Shown here piece by piece: positions 8,661 through 19,029 of a stretch of 64,000 nucleotides of DNA. Both the position numbers and the translations under genes were made by a program. The stretch is from Paramoeba atlantica. Lineage: Eukaryota > Protista > Discosea. The stretch spans positions 92,424 through 156,423 of the forward strand of contig CDRNVI010000022.1 of NCBI GenBank assembly GCA_977017575.1, read 5' to 3'. How positions within the stretch are numbered: position 1 is the first letter of the stretch; each line of letters begins with the position of its first letter. A model generated the notes under the pieces. That model was given only the letters and a program-made list of their open reading frames with translations, was not told the origin of the DNA and searched no databases.

Positions 8661-11600
8661 TTATAGGCGCAATTCACTCATCCACTTCTCTGCTGGAATG
8701 TAGTCTCGGAGCTGCGACACTACCGTGTACGCTGACATTTTTTCGATTTCGAGCTGGAAAGCATTGCGCACGCTTTCATATTTAAGTTTCGCTCTTTGTG
8801 AGAGAGCCTTCAGCAAAGCCTTAGTATCGTCATGTAGAAGGCCGCAATCTGTTGCAGCCAGACACTTAAACGAATCGCTATCGACACCCTTCTCAGTAAC
8901 GTATTTCTTATATTTTCTGTCGGAGACCTGCTGCATAAGGGCAGAGCTGGTGTGTTTTGCGTAGCTTGAGCAGCACGTATGTACTATTGTGAAGTCGTAG
9001 AGTACCTCACCCATGTGAGGCCACATGATGGCCAGATCTGGACCTGAACGAATACGGCGTGCTTTGCAAGGATGTTGCGCGGCGACATCTGCTGAGATAG
9101 TGCACTTACATTTAGTGCAATGATACGAGGAGTAGATGCGGGGTTCGATCACGCTAGGAAGGCCTGCTTTTGAGCACAACTCTGAGAGATACCGGACGAT
9201 ATGTGAATGTTTGCGTGTGGAGTTCATCCCGGAGCATCGGGAGCATCCAGCAACGTGGGGAATAATGGTGGAGGGTGATTCTTGATTAGAACAGCCGGGG
9301 CATGTTACTTTGGCCGGTGCCTTAGGCAAGCCAATTCCTAAGCGCATCATGAGCGTATATCGGAATAGGTATGGGTTAACGTAGTTGCTGGTGTTTTCGA
9401 GGTGGATATTAGCCTCTTTAGTGCGTTTTATGATGTTCGCTGCGGTGGAGTCTTTCTGTATTTCTGTCAATTGTTTTTCGTGAGCTTGACTCATGATCTT
9501 CTTAAGCGATTTGCGGGCCTTTTCTGCGCGGCTCTGAATTTTAGCTTTGCTCTTGTCATTGCCTTGCGAATCTACCGGAGCTTTATTGGGTTCCAAGTGC
9601 TCTTCAATAGATTCTCGGGCTGCTGCGAAGTAGTGCTGCTGTTTCAGAGTGCAAGAAGTCAGTCCTAATCCACCTAATTTTTGCGGGAGAGCTGCGAGCT
9701 TAAGTGCCTGGGCGTCCGCGCCGCACCATTTCTGCAAGACTTCGTGTACGTGGCTTTCAAAAGAATGTGCCAGACGCCGAGTGGCCTCCGGGCGGTGAAC
9801 TCTCAGATGATAGTCTTGACGTGGAATTGTACATCGGCGAAGAATCGCGAGAGAAAGGTTACTGGGGCCCATGAGAAGTAAACGGCGGAAAAGGCATTTA
9901 TGCTTACTGAGTTTGCGCAGGAGAAGATCCTCTACCACATTATCTTTCCCGATATAGGCTCCCAGAATCTTGATCGAATCAGTGCAAAGCTTGACGCCTA
10001 GATTATGCAAAGAGAACGGTTCGTATGTGGTATTTTTCTGGAAAAATTCGCATTTCTGAAAGTTGACGCGTAGATTGAGCTCGCCTGTGATTTCACGTAA
10101 GTGCAGGAACGCAGCTTCGAGTGACGGTACGTTTGTAGAGCTGAGAGTCACATCGTCTTGATATGCTCGTATTTTGACGTCGGGGTATAAGCTTGCGATC
10201 TCGCGAATGGGACCGTGTAAAAGTGCACAGAAGTACATGGAGGATAATGATGAGCCTTGTCGAATTCCTGACGAACTTTCGATGGTCGCGAAAAGAGCGT
10301 TGTGTGCGAAAAACAAAAGTTCGGATGAGAGGCCGTATTCAAGGTAAAACAGTCGCATAAAAGGTTTGAACACAGGATTCTCTAGTAGTGCTTGTGTTAT
10401 GGCGTCGCGTCGTGGAGTGTTGTATGCGTTCGTGAAATCTACCGTAATCAATGCGCATCCATCCTCGTATTCTTGTAGTAGCTCATGCACTATTGATTCA
10501 CATGCGCTCTTGTGGAGAACACCCCGCTGCATAGGCGAAAAGTATTTTCGTAGTGCACATTCATGTCGCTCGAGTAAAATGGATCCGCAGATTTTTAGGA
10601 TCGTCTCCCCCATGGCGACTGGCCGTATACCGTTTTGTGGCTTCGGAAGAGCAATAATTCGGCAACGAGTGAGACGCTTCCGCACGCTTACAGGCACGTC
10701 GCCATTGATAACGTCGCGAATCATATGGCATAATGAAAGGCATGCTTCTTCATCTTCAACAAGCAAACGCATCATGCTCTCACTAAGCCCGCTTGGTCCC
10801 GGAGATGCCCCTCGCGCAAGTTTTTCGACTGCAAGGCGGAGTTCTGATTTATCTACAACGCCGATCCGTGGAAAGTCAGCTTCCGGAATTTCAATACTAG
10901 GCCCCTCGGGATGCAAATCGCGAAGTTTCTGTAATTTTTCATGCGCTGTAAGATTGGAGACCTTGTAAACGTTGTCGAGAATTCGAGTGGCTTTCCCGAT
11001 GTTTCCAGCTCGAGCGGTCGTTAAAGCATTCTTGATCGAGCGACGGTCGACGCCAAGTTCTTCCCTTTGTTCTATGCTGAGTGTTTCGTTTTCCGATGGA
11101 TCCGCTTGTTTGTTTATGTGTCCGACTCGTTGATTTTGCCGAGAAAGTTGACGAATAGTAGCGAGCGAGTCTCTTGGTGCGTTCAAAAATTTATGCCAGA
11201 TAGCTGTTTTCTCAGAGTCAAGTTCTACCGATGGATACCCACGAAGTATGGCTCGGAAGATGGCGACTACATGGATTGAAAAAGATGAATCAATGGGTAC
11301 CATCGTGGGCAGCGGCTCGAGATCACTTTGACCATTTTCATCGCTAGACACGTTGTCGGCGTGTTCTTCTAAATTCCGCGTAATTGTTTCGACTTTGATC
11401 AGTTTCGTGGCTCGTATCGAACAGATTCTGATCCTGTTTGTGTGTGGAAGATAAAGAAAGCCACTGGGACCTTTGCTGCCTTGAGCTGGATTGTAAGAGA
11501 TTTTGACTTTGACCATTCCTTTTCGTGAGGTCCTACCTACGACGATGCCTTTCGACGTGTAATTTACCGTGTCTTGTCGGAAGCCCCACTCGATAACACA

Positions 11601-11813
11601 TTCCGTGCCTTTGCCCCACTTTGCTACCATGTTGTGCACATGATCCGGTGCTTTGGAAAGAGCACTTCTGTTTGCCAGATCTGCTATGACCTCGTTATCG
11701 CTGTCAAGAGACATATCTTCGCTCTCGTCTTCGTAATGTTCCTCTTCCGAGTCAATATCCGGTGTTGTCTCTTGTTGTGGTTCTTGACGTGGCTGTTCGT
11801 CGAAAGATGTCAA
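8661..11813 (-). CDS. RT + zinc knuckle + restriction-like endonuclease (1050 aa)
   Basis: GIRPVAMGE, DFTNAYN, GIRQGSSLS, YQDD, CPGC...H...C, GPDLAIMW...YDFTIVH. An in-frame upstream ORF (about 12200-11868) is separated from it by a single TAG. Confidence 0.9.
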   Translation of the reverse strand: MTSFDEQPRQEPQQETTPDIDSEEEHYEDESEDMSLDSDNEVIADLANRSALSKAPDHVHNMVAKWGKGTECVIEWGFRQDTVNYTSKGIVVGRTSRKGMVKVKISYNPAQGSKGPSGFLYLPHTNRIRICSIRATKLIKVETITRNLEEHADNVSSDENGQSDLEPLPTMVPIDSSFSIHVVAIFRAILRGYPSVELDSEKTAIWHKFLNAPRDSLATIRQLSRQNQRVGHINKQADPSENETLSIEQREELGVDRRSIKNALTTARAGNIGKATRILDNVYKVSNLTAHEKLQKLRDLHPEGPSIEIPEADFPRIGVVDKSELRLAVEKLARGASPGPSGLSESMMRLLVEDEEACLSLCHMIRDVINGDVPVSVRKRLTRCRIIALPKPQNGIRPVAMGETILKICGSILLERHECALRKYFSPMQRGVLHKSACESIVHELLQEYEDGCALITVDFTNAYNTPRRDAITQALLENPVFKPFMRLFYLEYGLSSELLFFAHNALFATIESSSGIRQGSSLSSMYFCALLHGPIREIASLYPDVKIRAYQDDVTLSSTNVPSLEAAFLHLREITGELNLRVNFQKCEFFQKNTTYEPFSLHNLGVKLCTDSIKILGAYIGKDNVVEDLLLRKLSKHKCLFRRLLLMGPSNLSLAILRRCTIPRQDYHLRVHRPEATRRLAHSFESHVHEVLQKWCGADAQALKLAALPQKLGGLGLTSCTLKQQHYFAAARESIEEHLEPNKAPVDSQGNDKSKAKIQSRAEKARKSLKKIMSQAHEKQLTEIQKDSTAANIIKRTKEANIHLENTSNYVNPYLFRYTLMMRLGIGLPKAPAKVTCPGCSNQESPSTIIPHVAGCSRCSGMNSTRKHSHIVRYLSELCSKAGLPSVIEPRIYSSYHCTKCKCTISADVAAQHPCKARRIRSGPDLAIMWPHMGEVLYDFTIVHTCCSSYAKHTSSALMQQVSDRKYKKYVTEKGVDSDSFKCLAATDCGLLHDDTKALLKALSQRAKLKYESVRNAFQLEIEKMSAYTVVSQLRDYIPAEKWMSELRL

Positions 11814-12227
11814 TCGAAAGGTCTTAGGCGTGATTTTGATTTTGATTTTGTCGCTGTGCGCACTGTTCTATTCGCCGTGATCAGCCCAGTCTTTTGGCAG
11901 AGGTGTAGATCCGACGATTCGAATTCTTGGGGTTTTCTTTGGTTTGGACAGTTCATGCGTAATTCGGCCATCTCCTGTGGTGAGATCGGGTAAGTCTGAC
12001 GCCGTGTGATTTCCGGAGCGTTCCTTCATTCCCTCTTTCCGCGAAACTTGTAGAATCTTGATCATTGAGCCGTCTGAGGAAACCGTTGTTGTGCTCTTCT
12101 TTTCTTTGCCACGCTTTCCTTTTTCACGTGATTTCTCTGTTGTACGACTTGTCTTCAGGTCTGAATTTTCGCTCACGACTGAGCGGGAAGGGCGTGTCAT
12201 AACGATTGAGATAATAAGAAAATAAAT

Positions 12228-12260
12228 CAACAAGGTACAGAAACTGTATCTTTATCGTTA
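12228..12260 (-). other. Spliced-leader exon copy (33 nt) at the 5' end of C1
   Basis: TAACGATAAAGATACAGTTTCTGTACCTTGTTG; its core ACAGTTTCTGTAC..TTG matches kinetoplastid and diplonemid SL exons. No GT donor follows. Confidence 0.8.
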
Positions 12261-12760
12261 TATTAATATTCTTTAGCTAGTAAATATAGGCAGTGGATGA
12301 GATTCAGGATATCAGCGATATATTTCTTTAGCTCTTACAACAATGTTTTCTTACAAGTTGTTTTTAATGTATGTGGAAGACTCTCGTCGTTGATTTCCGT
12401 GGCAGATCAGTTCGCCGACCTTTGCAGCAGAGCCAAACTGGCCCCACAACGAGAAAAAAGTCTTGGCAACAGAGGCCCAGGGGGCGCCCTCACCAGACCC
12501 GGCGATGTCTATTTGCCCGGTCTCCAGTTGGGGAATCCGATTGTACTTGACTTCGCGGTCACCCATGCTCAGCAACTAAAATATACGGACAAAGTCCGGA
12601 ATGCTAGCTGGGTAACCGCGGGGTCATTTGCTGAACAATATTCATCAACGCAAAAGGGCCAGCAGAGACACGAATCTGAAGAAGCCGGCTGTGCATTCAC
12701 CGCCATGGTGGTGGAGAGCTACGGTGCGTGGAGCAGCAGTGCATCCGCAGTACTCCGTAA

Positions 12761-13911
12761 TTTTCTGTGGTAGAGCGGCGAGTTTCAGGGCGTTTGCGTC
12801 TGCTCCACTCCACTTTTCTAGAACTTTGTTTACTTGGTTCTCGAAGGATTGTGCTAGTTGGAAAGTAGCGCCTGGCCGATGTACTCGTAGAGTGGAACTT
12901 TTTTTTTTTATTTACGTTTAATAACCTGGCCCTTCGGGGCACATAAATATATGAACTTATGATATGGCCCTTCGGGGCACATGTATTATTCAAGAATGCG
13001 AAACACCGCCACCATGCGATCGGAACGGACACCACCACGAACACTCCACAGGTACGGGTGCTAATATTATGAAAGTATCGCACATATGTCCCGTATCCCA
13101 AAATATCACGAATGTTCACGTATCGCATAAACTTCCCGTATCCCAAAAAACACTTACCATACGCCGTATCATACACCCTAAATCTCGCAGGCATTCTAAA
13201 CACGGATAATCGTTGTGAATAATAATAAGAACTTTTAAGAGCTTTTCTAATGTGCGAACTTGTTGGTCGACTCACTGACGCAGTCCACCAATCCAATGTG
13301 CTTCTGGAATATACTCGCGGAGCTGCGATACAATAGTATACGCTGCTAGCTTTTCTATCTCGAGTTGGAAGGCCTCACGTACGTCTTCGTACTTTTGTTT
13401 GGCTCGTTGGGATAATGCCTTGAGGAGGGTTTTGGTGTCGTTGTGCAGAAGACCGCAGTCAGAGGCGGCCAGGCAACGAAAAGAGTCGCTTTCTACGCCT
13501 TTCTCCGTAACGTACTTCTTGAATTTCTTGTCGAGCACGTGCTGCATCAGCGCTGTACTTGTTTGTTTGGCATAGCTGCTGCAACAGGTGTGAACAACGG
13601 TAAAATCATACAGGACCTCCCCCATGTGGGGCCACATAATAGCAAGATCAGGACCGGATCGGATTCTGCGGGCTTTGCAAGGATGATGTTCAGCTACTTC
13701 CGCTGAGATGGAACACTTGCACTTAGTACAGAAAAACGAAGAATGGATGCGCGGTTCGATAATACAAGGGAGACCAGCTTTGGAGCACAAATCTGCGAGG
13801 TACCTCACTATGTGTGAGTGCTTTCTGGTGCAATTCATGCCCGAGCACCGGGAGCATCCTGCGACGTGTGGTATAATGCTGGTAGGAGATTCATGGCCAC
13901 AGCATCCAGGG
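12761..13911 (-). mobile_element. Family C copy C2, 5'-truncated (REL fragment ORF 13272-13838)
   Basis: 6 bp TSD CCGTAA at 12755-12760 and 13912-13917. The protein is a close homolog of the C1 C-terminus (GPDLAIMWPHMGEVLYDF). Confidence 0.88.
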
Positions 13912-14441
13912 CCGTAAAGTTGGAGAACGGCTTTCGCACGCCTCGTGCGGGTTATTGACAGAAGGGGGGGCGACGAGCAGAATCTTCACGGAGTTAAACG
14001 TGACCCTCATGCGCCTTCAGGCCCGCATGATGGTTAATCGCCTTCTCCCTGATGACCCGTTTTCTTGCTTGGGGGAGTAAACGTTTCCTGACCGGACGGC
14101 AGTCAGCACAGACCCACGTTTGCGCCCTCATAGATGGCTGGCCTGGATGCTGGTCGATGCCGACAGGGTCTATGCTCACGCCTAGCCCTCAAGGGCTAGG
14201 TACTCCAAGTGAGGTAGGACATGGGTCGGGAACTAAAACTTCCTCCCCGTCGGCCAGCACCCTGTTTCGCGACCGTGCCGCTGTCGGCACAAGCCCGCGC
14301 CTGCGCCCTCCCATATAACAAGGGAAGAGTTCACAAGTCAGGCCGAGGAGTGGTCGAAAGACCCGGTCCGGAACGCGCGAATGAATTGGGCATAAATTGC
14401 TTCTTTTTATTATTATTGTTATCAAAATCATAAATACTGTA

Positions 14442-17400
14442 CCTGGACGGAGTGAAGCTCATCTTGAGTAATGTTCCAAGTTCCCGGATTATAGTATACC
14501 ACCGATGGTCTTACAAAAAATTTTTTTTTTTGAGCTCGTAAAAGAGAACCTTTCTAGATTCGTTCCTTTAGATATTATGAAAGTATCGCACATATGTCCC
14601 GTATCCCAAAATATCACGAATGTTCACGTATCGCATAAACTTCCCGTATCCCAAAAAACACTTACCATACGCCGTATCATACACCCCGATTTGTGAGGAT
14701 TCTGCAGCTATTCCTTGCCTTCCTAGAAAGCCATTTCATCGTCTTCCAACGGTAGGAAAAATTGTCTGAGCTGACCGATAATGACTGATCCGTGGAGTTC
14801 TTGCAAACGAAGCACGAAATCTTGAATGGCTCTCTCCCGTTCGAGCCCACACGCATCGGCCAGTGTATGCAGAAGGATTTTCGTGTTCCCGTGCAAAGCG
14901 CCTCCCGATAGCATAGGAATACATCGAAATTGGTGGCTTGGTATTTGCTTGGAAAGAACGTAGGTATTATGCTTTCGTCGTATAACTTCGCGCATTAGCT
15001 GTGCACCGGATCTGGATACATTAGACGGGGAGAGCTCGTGAACGATTGTAAAATCGTAAAAGATGTCGCCACTTGCCCAATGGATCACTAAATCGGGACC
15101 TGAATGATAGAATGACCCTGAGCTGCATACTCTTTGATGTGTACGTTTGTTGTCACCATCGACCACGGCGCTACATTTAGAGCACGTGTATGATGAAAAT
15201 TGGCGCGGTTCGATCTCGCAAGGTATTCCGGCTTTTATACACAATTCGTACAGACAGCGTACCATTCGATTGTGTTTAGCCGTTGCATTGTTCCCCATAC
15301 AGTTAGTGCATCCTGATACATGTGCCAGGGCGTTATCACTCGTAAGCAGGATATGGCAACCTGGGCATTTTAGATGACTTGGGAGCTTAGGGTGTGCTAT
15401 ACCGAGTCTTGGCATAACAGCAAGCGTAAAAAGTCGTGGGGGAATCAGTTTAGCACATGATTGCAGCCAAGAGTAATTACCTTTGGTACTCGCGGCTCGG
15501 ATAATGTCAGCTTGACGAGGAGTCTCCATGAGCCTGTCGCGAATGTCTTGATGGTACAATTCTTCTGAGGTTGGTTCGTCGGTCGGGGTTTGCGACTCAC
15601 CCTGAGACAGCATCGGCGTGCGCTCACTTGATTCAAAGCCACAGACGGGAGCTGAAAGATAGACTGGTCGCTCCATTGCCTGTTGTTTCGATTTATTGAA
15701 CGCAGCCTCTCGAATTTGTTCGGAGGGTGTGAGGCCGAGTCCTCCCTTTTTCAATGGGAGTCTCGCCCATGATATTTGATTCGCGGACAATTTACCAAAC
15801 CACGTCTTGAGAGTGTTAGTCACCTCTTGATCAAATCGTCGAGTGAGCTCGAGGGAACTTTCGGGATCATGGACGCGTATGTGATACCGATGTCTTACAT
15901 TCACACACCGCGAAAGTAAGACAAGCGACACGTTGCTGGCGCCCATCTGGTTCAAACGCCTGAATGCCGTCTGGTGTTTTCTCAATTTTAGCACGAGCTG
16001 GTCGCTCACTCGTTGGGTTTCTCCGACAAACGCACCAAGAATTTTTGTTGAACCTGATTCCGACGTTACTCCCTCATTTTGTAGCCCATGCGGAATTGGC
16101 ACATTTTCGATTCCATTAAACCAAACACATTTTGTAGGGGACATTTCAACACGCTTTTCGGCTAATAGCTCACGTATGCGGAGGAACGCAGAAGTCAGAA
16201 GGTCGGCGTCCTGCGAAGCAAAGCTTATGTCATCCACAAAAGCATATATGCGGATACTTGGAAATTCATCGGCAATCGTCTCGAGCATTGGTTGGAGAAA
16301 GGCACAAAATAGTACTGAGGACAGTGGCGATCCTTGGCGCACGCCCGCCGCGCTCATGACTGTATTGCAAAGTTTACCATCTTTTCCATAAAACAAAAGT
16401 TCAGATGGGCTTCCGTATTCTGCGCAAAATAGTCGATAGAAGGGCCGTAGGGAGCTGAAGGCGAAGACTGCTTTAGCGATTTCATCTCGCGAAGGAGAAT
16501 TGAACGCATTTTTAAGATCAATTGACAGAATGTTGCAGCCTTCTATGTACCTTTCGCGCAGTTCGTGTACGACACGCTCACAACCTGATTTGACCATTAC
16601 CCCGTATTGATGCGGTGAGAATAGTGGGGCGAGCTTTTTTTCGTGCCGTTGTAGGAGTACTAATTCGGCGAGTTTCAGCCATACCTCTCCGACGGCTATC
16701 GGTCGTATTCCTCCTGCAGGTTTCGGGATACCAACAAGACGTGCTCGCTTAAGTCGCTTCATTACTTCATCAGAAACTGATCCATTTATCAAATCGGTGA
16801 ACATGTGAGTTAAGCTGACGCAACATACTTCATCATCTAATAGCATGCGTAGAATTAAGTCCGTCGTTCCTGTCGGCCCCGGCGCAGCACCTTTAGCCAT
16901 GCGTCTACCGGCTTCTCTAAGCTCATCAGGCGTGATGCATGCCGTGATAGGTGCGTCTTGTGGAATCTGGAAGTTTACCGGCAGATCGGGGTGTAAATCG
17001 CGAAGTTTTGCAAGAGTGTCATCGTCGCTCATTGACTTCGCAACGATTTCCTGATCTAAAACGCGTGTAGCTTTTGAAACACATCCGTCCATCACGAGAC
17101 TAGTAGCCTTTTTAATGGCCCGCTTATCGCTAACATTAATATCAGGACTGGATCCTGTTCCTTCGTTTGTTGGCGTTTGCGACTCCATGGATTGTAGGGG
17201 GCGTCGTCGACGTCGCTTGACAGTGACTTTACGAATCGTGGTTAACGAGTATTTCATGGCGGAAAGGAGCTTGTGCCAAATTCGGTGGCGTTGGGGATAC
17301 GCGCTATCGGCATAGTCACGTACTATATCTCTATAGATTGCGATCACGCAAGGGATAAACTCCGGTGCAACTGTGCGCAGAGTTGGCATTGGCTCCAGGT

Positions 17401-17876
17401 CCAAATCGTCTTCTGTGTGTCGGCATTTGACAGTTTGTGTGGTATGGGTCGTATCTTGTTGCACGCTGGCGTCCCACATCAGTTTGAAAACACGAACGTT
17501 GGCTTGCGGAGGGATATGTCCAGGAAATATTTCCCCTGCCTTATGTCCGAGTACTCCCGTGTATTCCATAGCCAGCTTTCTGATATTACCTCGTTTACGG
17601 GAAGTCTGGACCACTCCACGAGAAATGTTCATCGCCGGTGTACAGTCAAAGCTCCAAGCGATAATGCAACGGTCTCCGGGTTTTGCATTATACGACATGG
17701 TGTTTATTTCATCTGCTGGGATAGGGAACTGAGTCTTCGGGTCTATTTCTTGCTGAATTGCACGGGCAACGTCATCGGGTGACACCGCGGCATCGCTCGC
17801 TAATACTTCGGTCGAAGGAGAAATGGGAGATTCGCAGTCGAAAAAATCGCGTTGCGTGACGAAGTTTTGCGCATCA
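14442..17876 (-). mobile_element. Family C copy C3, 5'-truncated within its ORF
   Basis: 6 bp TSD ACTGTA at 14436-14441 and 17877-17882. The reading frame stays open up to the 5' junction. Confidence 0.88.
14723..17785 (-). CDS. RT + zinc knuckle + REL endonuclease (1020 aa or more)
   Basis: GIRPIAVGE, DLKNAFN, GVRQGSPLS, FVDD, CPGC...H...C, GPDLVIHW...YDFTIVH. Confidence 0.9.
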   Translation of the reverse strand: MSPDDVARAIQQEIDPKTQFPIPADEINTMSYNAKPGDRCIIAWSFDCTPAMNISRGVVQTSRKRGNIRKLAMEYTGVLGHKAGEIFPGHIPPQANVRVFKLMWDASVQQDTTHTTQTVKCRHTEDDLDLEPMPTLRTVAPEFIPCVIAIYRDIVRDYADSAYPQRHRIWHKLLSAMKYSLTTIRKVTVKRRRRRPLQSMESQTPTNEGTGSSPDINVSDKRAIKKATSLVMDGCVSKATRVLDQEIVAKSMSDDDTLAKLRDLHPDLPVNFQIPQDAPITACITPDELREAGRRMAKGAAPGPTGTTDLILRMLLDDEVCCVSLTHMFTDLINGSVSDEVMKRLKRARLVGIPKPAGGIRPIAVGEVWLKLAELVLLQRHEKKLAPLFSPHQYGVMVKSGCERVVHELRERYIEGCNILSIDLKNAFNSPSRDEIAKAVFAFSSLRPFYRLFCAEYGSPSELLFYGKDGKLCNTVMSAAGVRQGSPLSSVLFCAFLQPMLETIADEFPSIRIYAFVDDISFASQDADLLTSAFLRIRELLAEKRVEMSPTKCVWFNGIENVPIPHGLQNEGVTSESGSTKILGAFVGETQRVSDQLVLKLRKHQTAFRRLNQMGASNVSLVLLSRCVNVRHRYHIRVHDPESSLELTRRFDQEVTNTLKTWFGKLSANQISWARLPLKKGGLGLTPSEQIREAAFNKSKQQAMERPVYLSAPVCGFESSERTPMLSQGESQTPTDEPTSEELYHQDIRDRLMETPRQADIIRAASTKGNYSWLQSCAKLIPPRLFTLAVMPRLGIAHPKLPSHLKCPGCHILLTSDNALAHVSGCTNCMGNNATAKHNRMVRCLYELCIKAGIPCEIEPRQFSSYTCSKCSAVVDGDNKRTHQRVCSSGSFYHSGPDLVIHWASGDIFYDFTIVHELSPSNVSRSGAQLMREVIRRKHNTYVLSKQIPSHQFRCIPMLSGGALHGNTKILLHTLADACGLERERAIQDFVLRLQELHGSVIIGQLRQFFLPLEDDEMAF

Positions 17877-18089
17877 ACTGTAACTTAAGGCAGGTTGAAT
17901 TATTAGTTTTGGGCTACAACATGTGAAATTGCTAATTTGATTGCTTGTTTACAAATCATATACCCCCCCAATGGACCTACTTGGTTCGTCTACTGAGTAA
18001 AAAAAAAAAAAAAAAAAAAAATTCGGAGATCGAATTGCTAGTTTTGGGCTCCAAAATATGAAATTGCTAAAAAAAAAAAAAAAAAAAAA

Positions 18090-18988
18090 GAATTGTGGAC
18101 TCAGTCCACAATGCTAGCTGGGTGACCCCGGGGTCTTTTGCCGAGCACTTCGCGGAGACCAAGGCGCGACAGCGACAAGAAGCAGAAAAAGCAGGACACC
18201 TCTTCACAGCGATGGTGGTGGAATCCTTTGGTTCCTGGAGCGAGAGTGCGCTAGCGTTACTCCGGGACATCGGAACCCAACGGGCGAACGCATCCAAAGG
18301 GCTCCTTTCACGAGACCAAGCGCGAAACGATCTCCTAACAGATCTGAACGTGACGCTAATGCGTTCTCAAGCCAGGATGATGGTTTCGCGCATCCGCGTA
18401 GAGGACCCAGCGGATCCTTTGGTAGAGGCTTAAGCCTCTACTGACAGTCCTATTTCAGCACGAAGACGCCATGGTATCCAGGACGGGTGCTGGTCGGGTC
18501 GACAGAGTCTATGCTCACGCCTAGCCCGCGAGGGCTAGGTACCCCAAGTGAGGTAGTACACGGGCAGTGAATCTCCTCCCCGTCGGCCAGCATCCTGTTT
18601 CGCGACCGTGTCGCTGTCGACACAGGCCCGCGCCTGCGCCCTCCCGTATAGCAAGGGACGGGTTCACAAGTCAGGCCGTGGAGTGGTCGAAAGACCCGGT
18701 CCGGAACGCGCGAATGGATTGGGCCTGGATTGCTTGTTTTTATTTTTACTGTGTCTTGTTTGTCGTATATACTTAGGGGAGATTGAATTGCTAGTTTTGG
18801 GCTAAGAAAAAAGAAAAAGAAAATATACTTCTGTGGAAATAAAAAGATTTGCTAATTTGATTGCTTGTTTTAAATTCATATACCCCCCCCAATGGACCTA
18901 CTATGTACTTGGTTCGTCTACTGGGTCAACATATAGAGGCAATGCCGCGATTCATACTTCTCCCCCCTTATTAACTGCAAAAAAAAAG
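18090..18988 (+). mobile_element. Family B CRE-like 3' fragment (REL C-terminus to 18433, 3'UTR, A-tail); also at 25042-25940 and once per array unit
   Basis: FTAMVVESFGSW...NVTLMRSQARMM is homologous to the C-termini of A, D and H. Confidence 0.85.
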
Positions 18989-18993
18989 ACCTC

Positions 18994-19029
18994 CTTTAAC
19001 GATAAAGATACAGTTTCTGTACCTTGTTG
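18994..19029 (+). other. Spliced-leader exon copy (36 nt) heading an A 5' fragment
   Basis: Identical 36-mer; preceded by an A-tract plus GACCTC; not followed by GT. Confidence 0.8.

Larger units (their letters stand above)
8228..12260 (-). mobile_element. RT-REL non-LTR retrotransposon family C, copy C1, apparently full length and SL-led
   Basis: SL exon at 12228-12260, long RT-REL ORF, T-tract (poly(A) tail) at about 8228-8236. The 3' boundary is approximate. Confidence 0.78.
12398..18021 (+). mobile_element. 5'-truncated family A CRE-like copy (REL C-terminus, 3'UTR, poly(A)) split by two family C insertions
   Basis: 12398-12760, 13918-14441 and 17883-17998 join to match about 29941-30942 of the full-length A copy. 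Confidence 0.88.
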
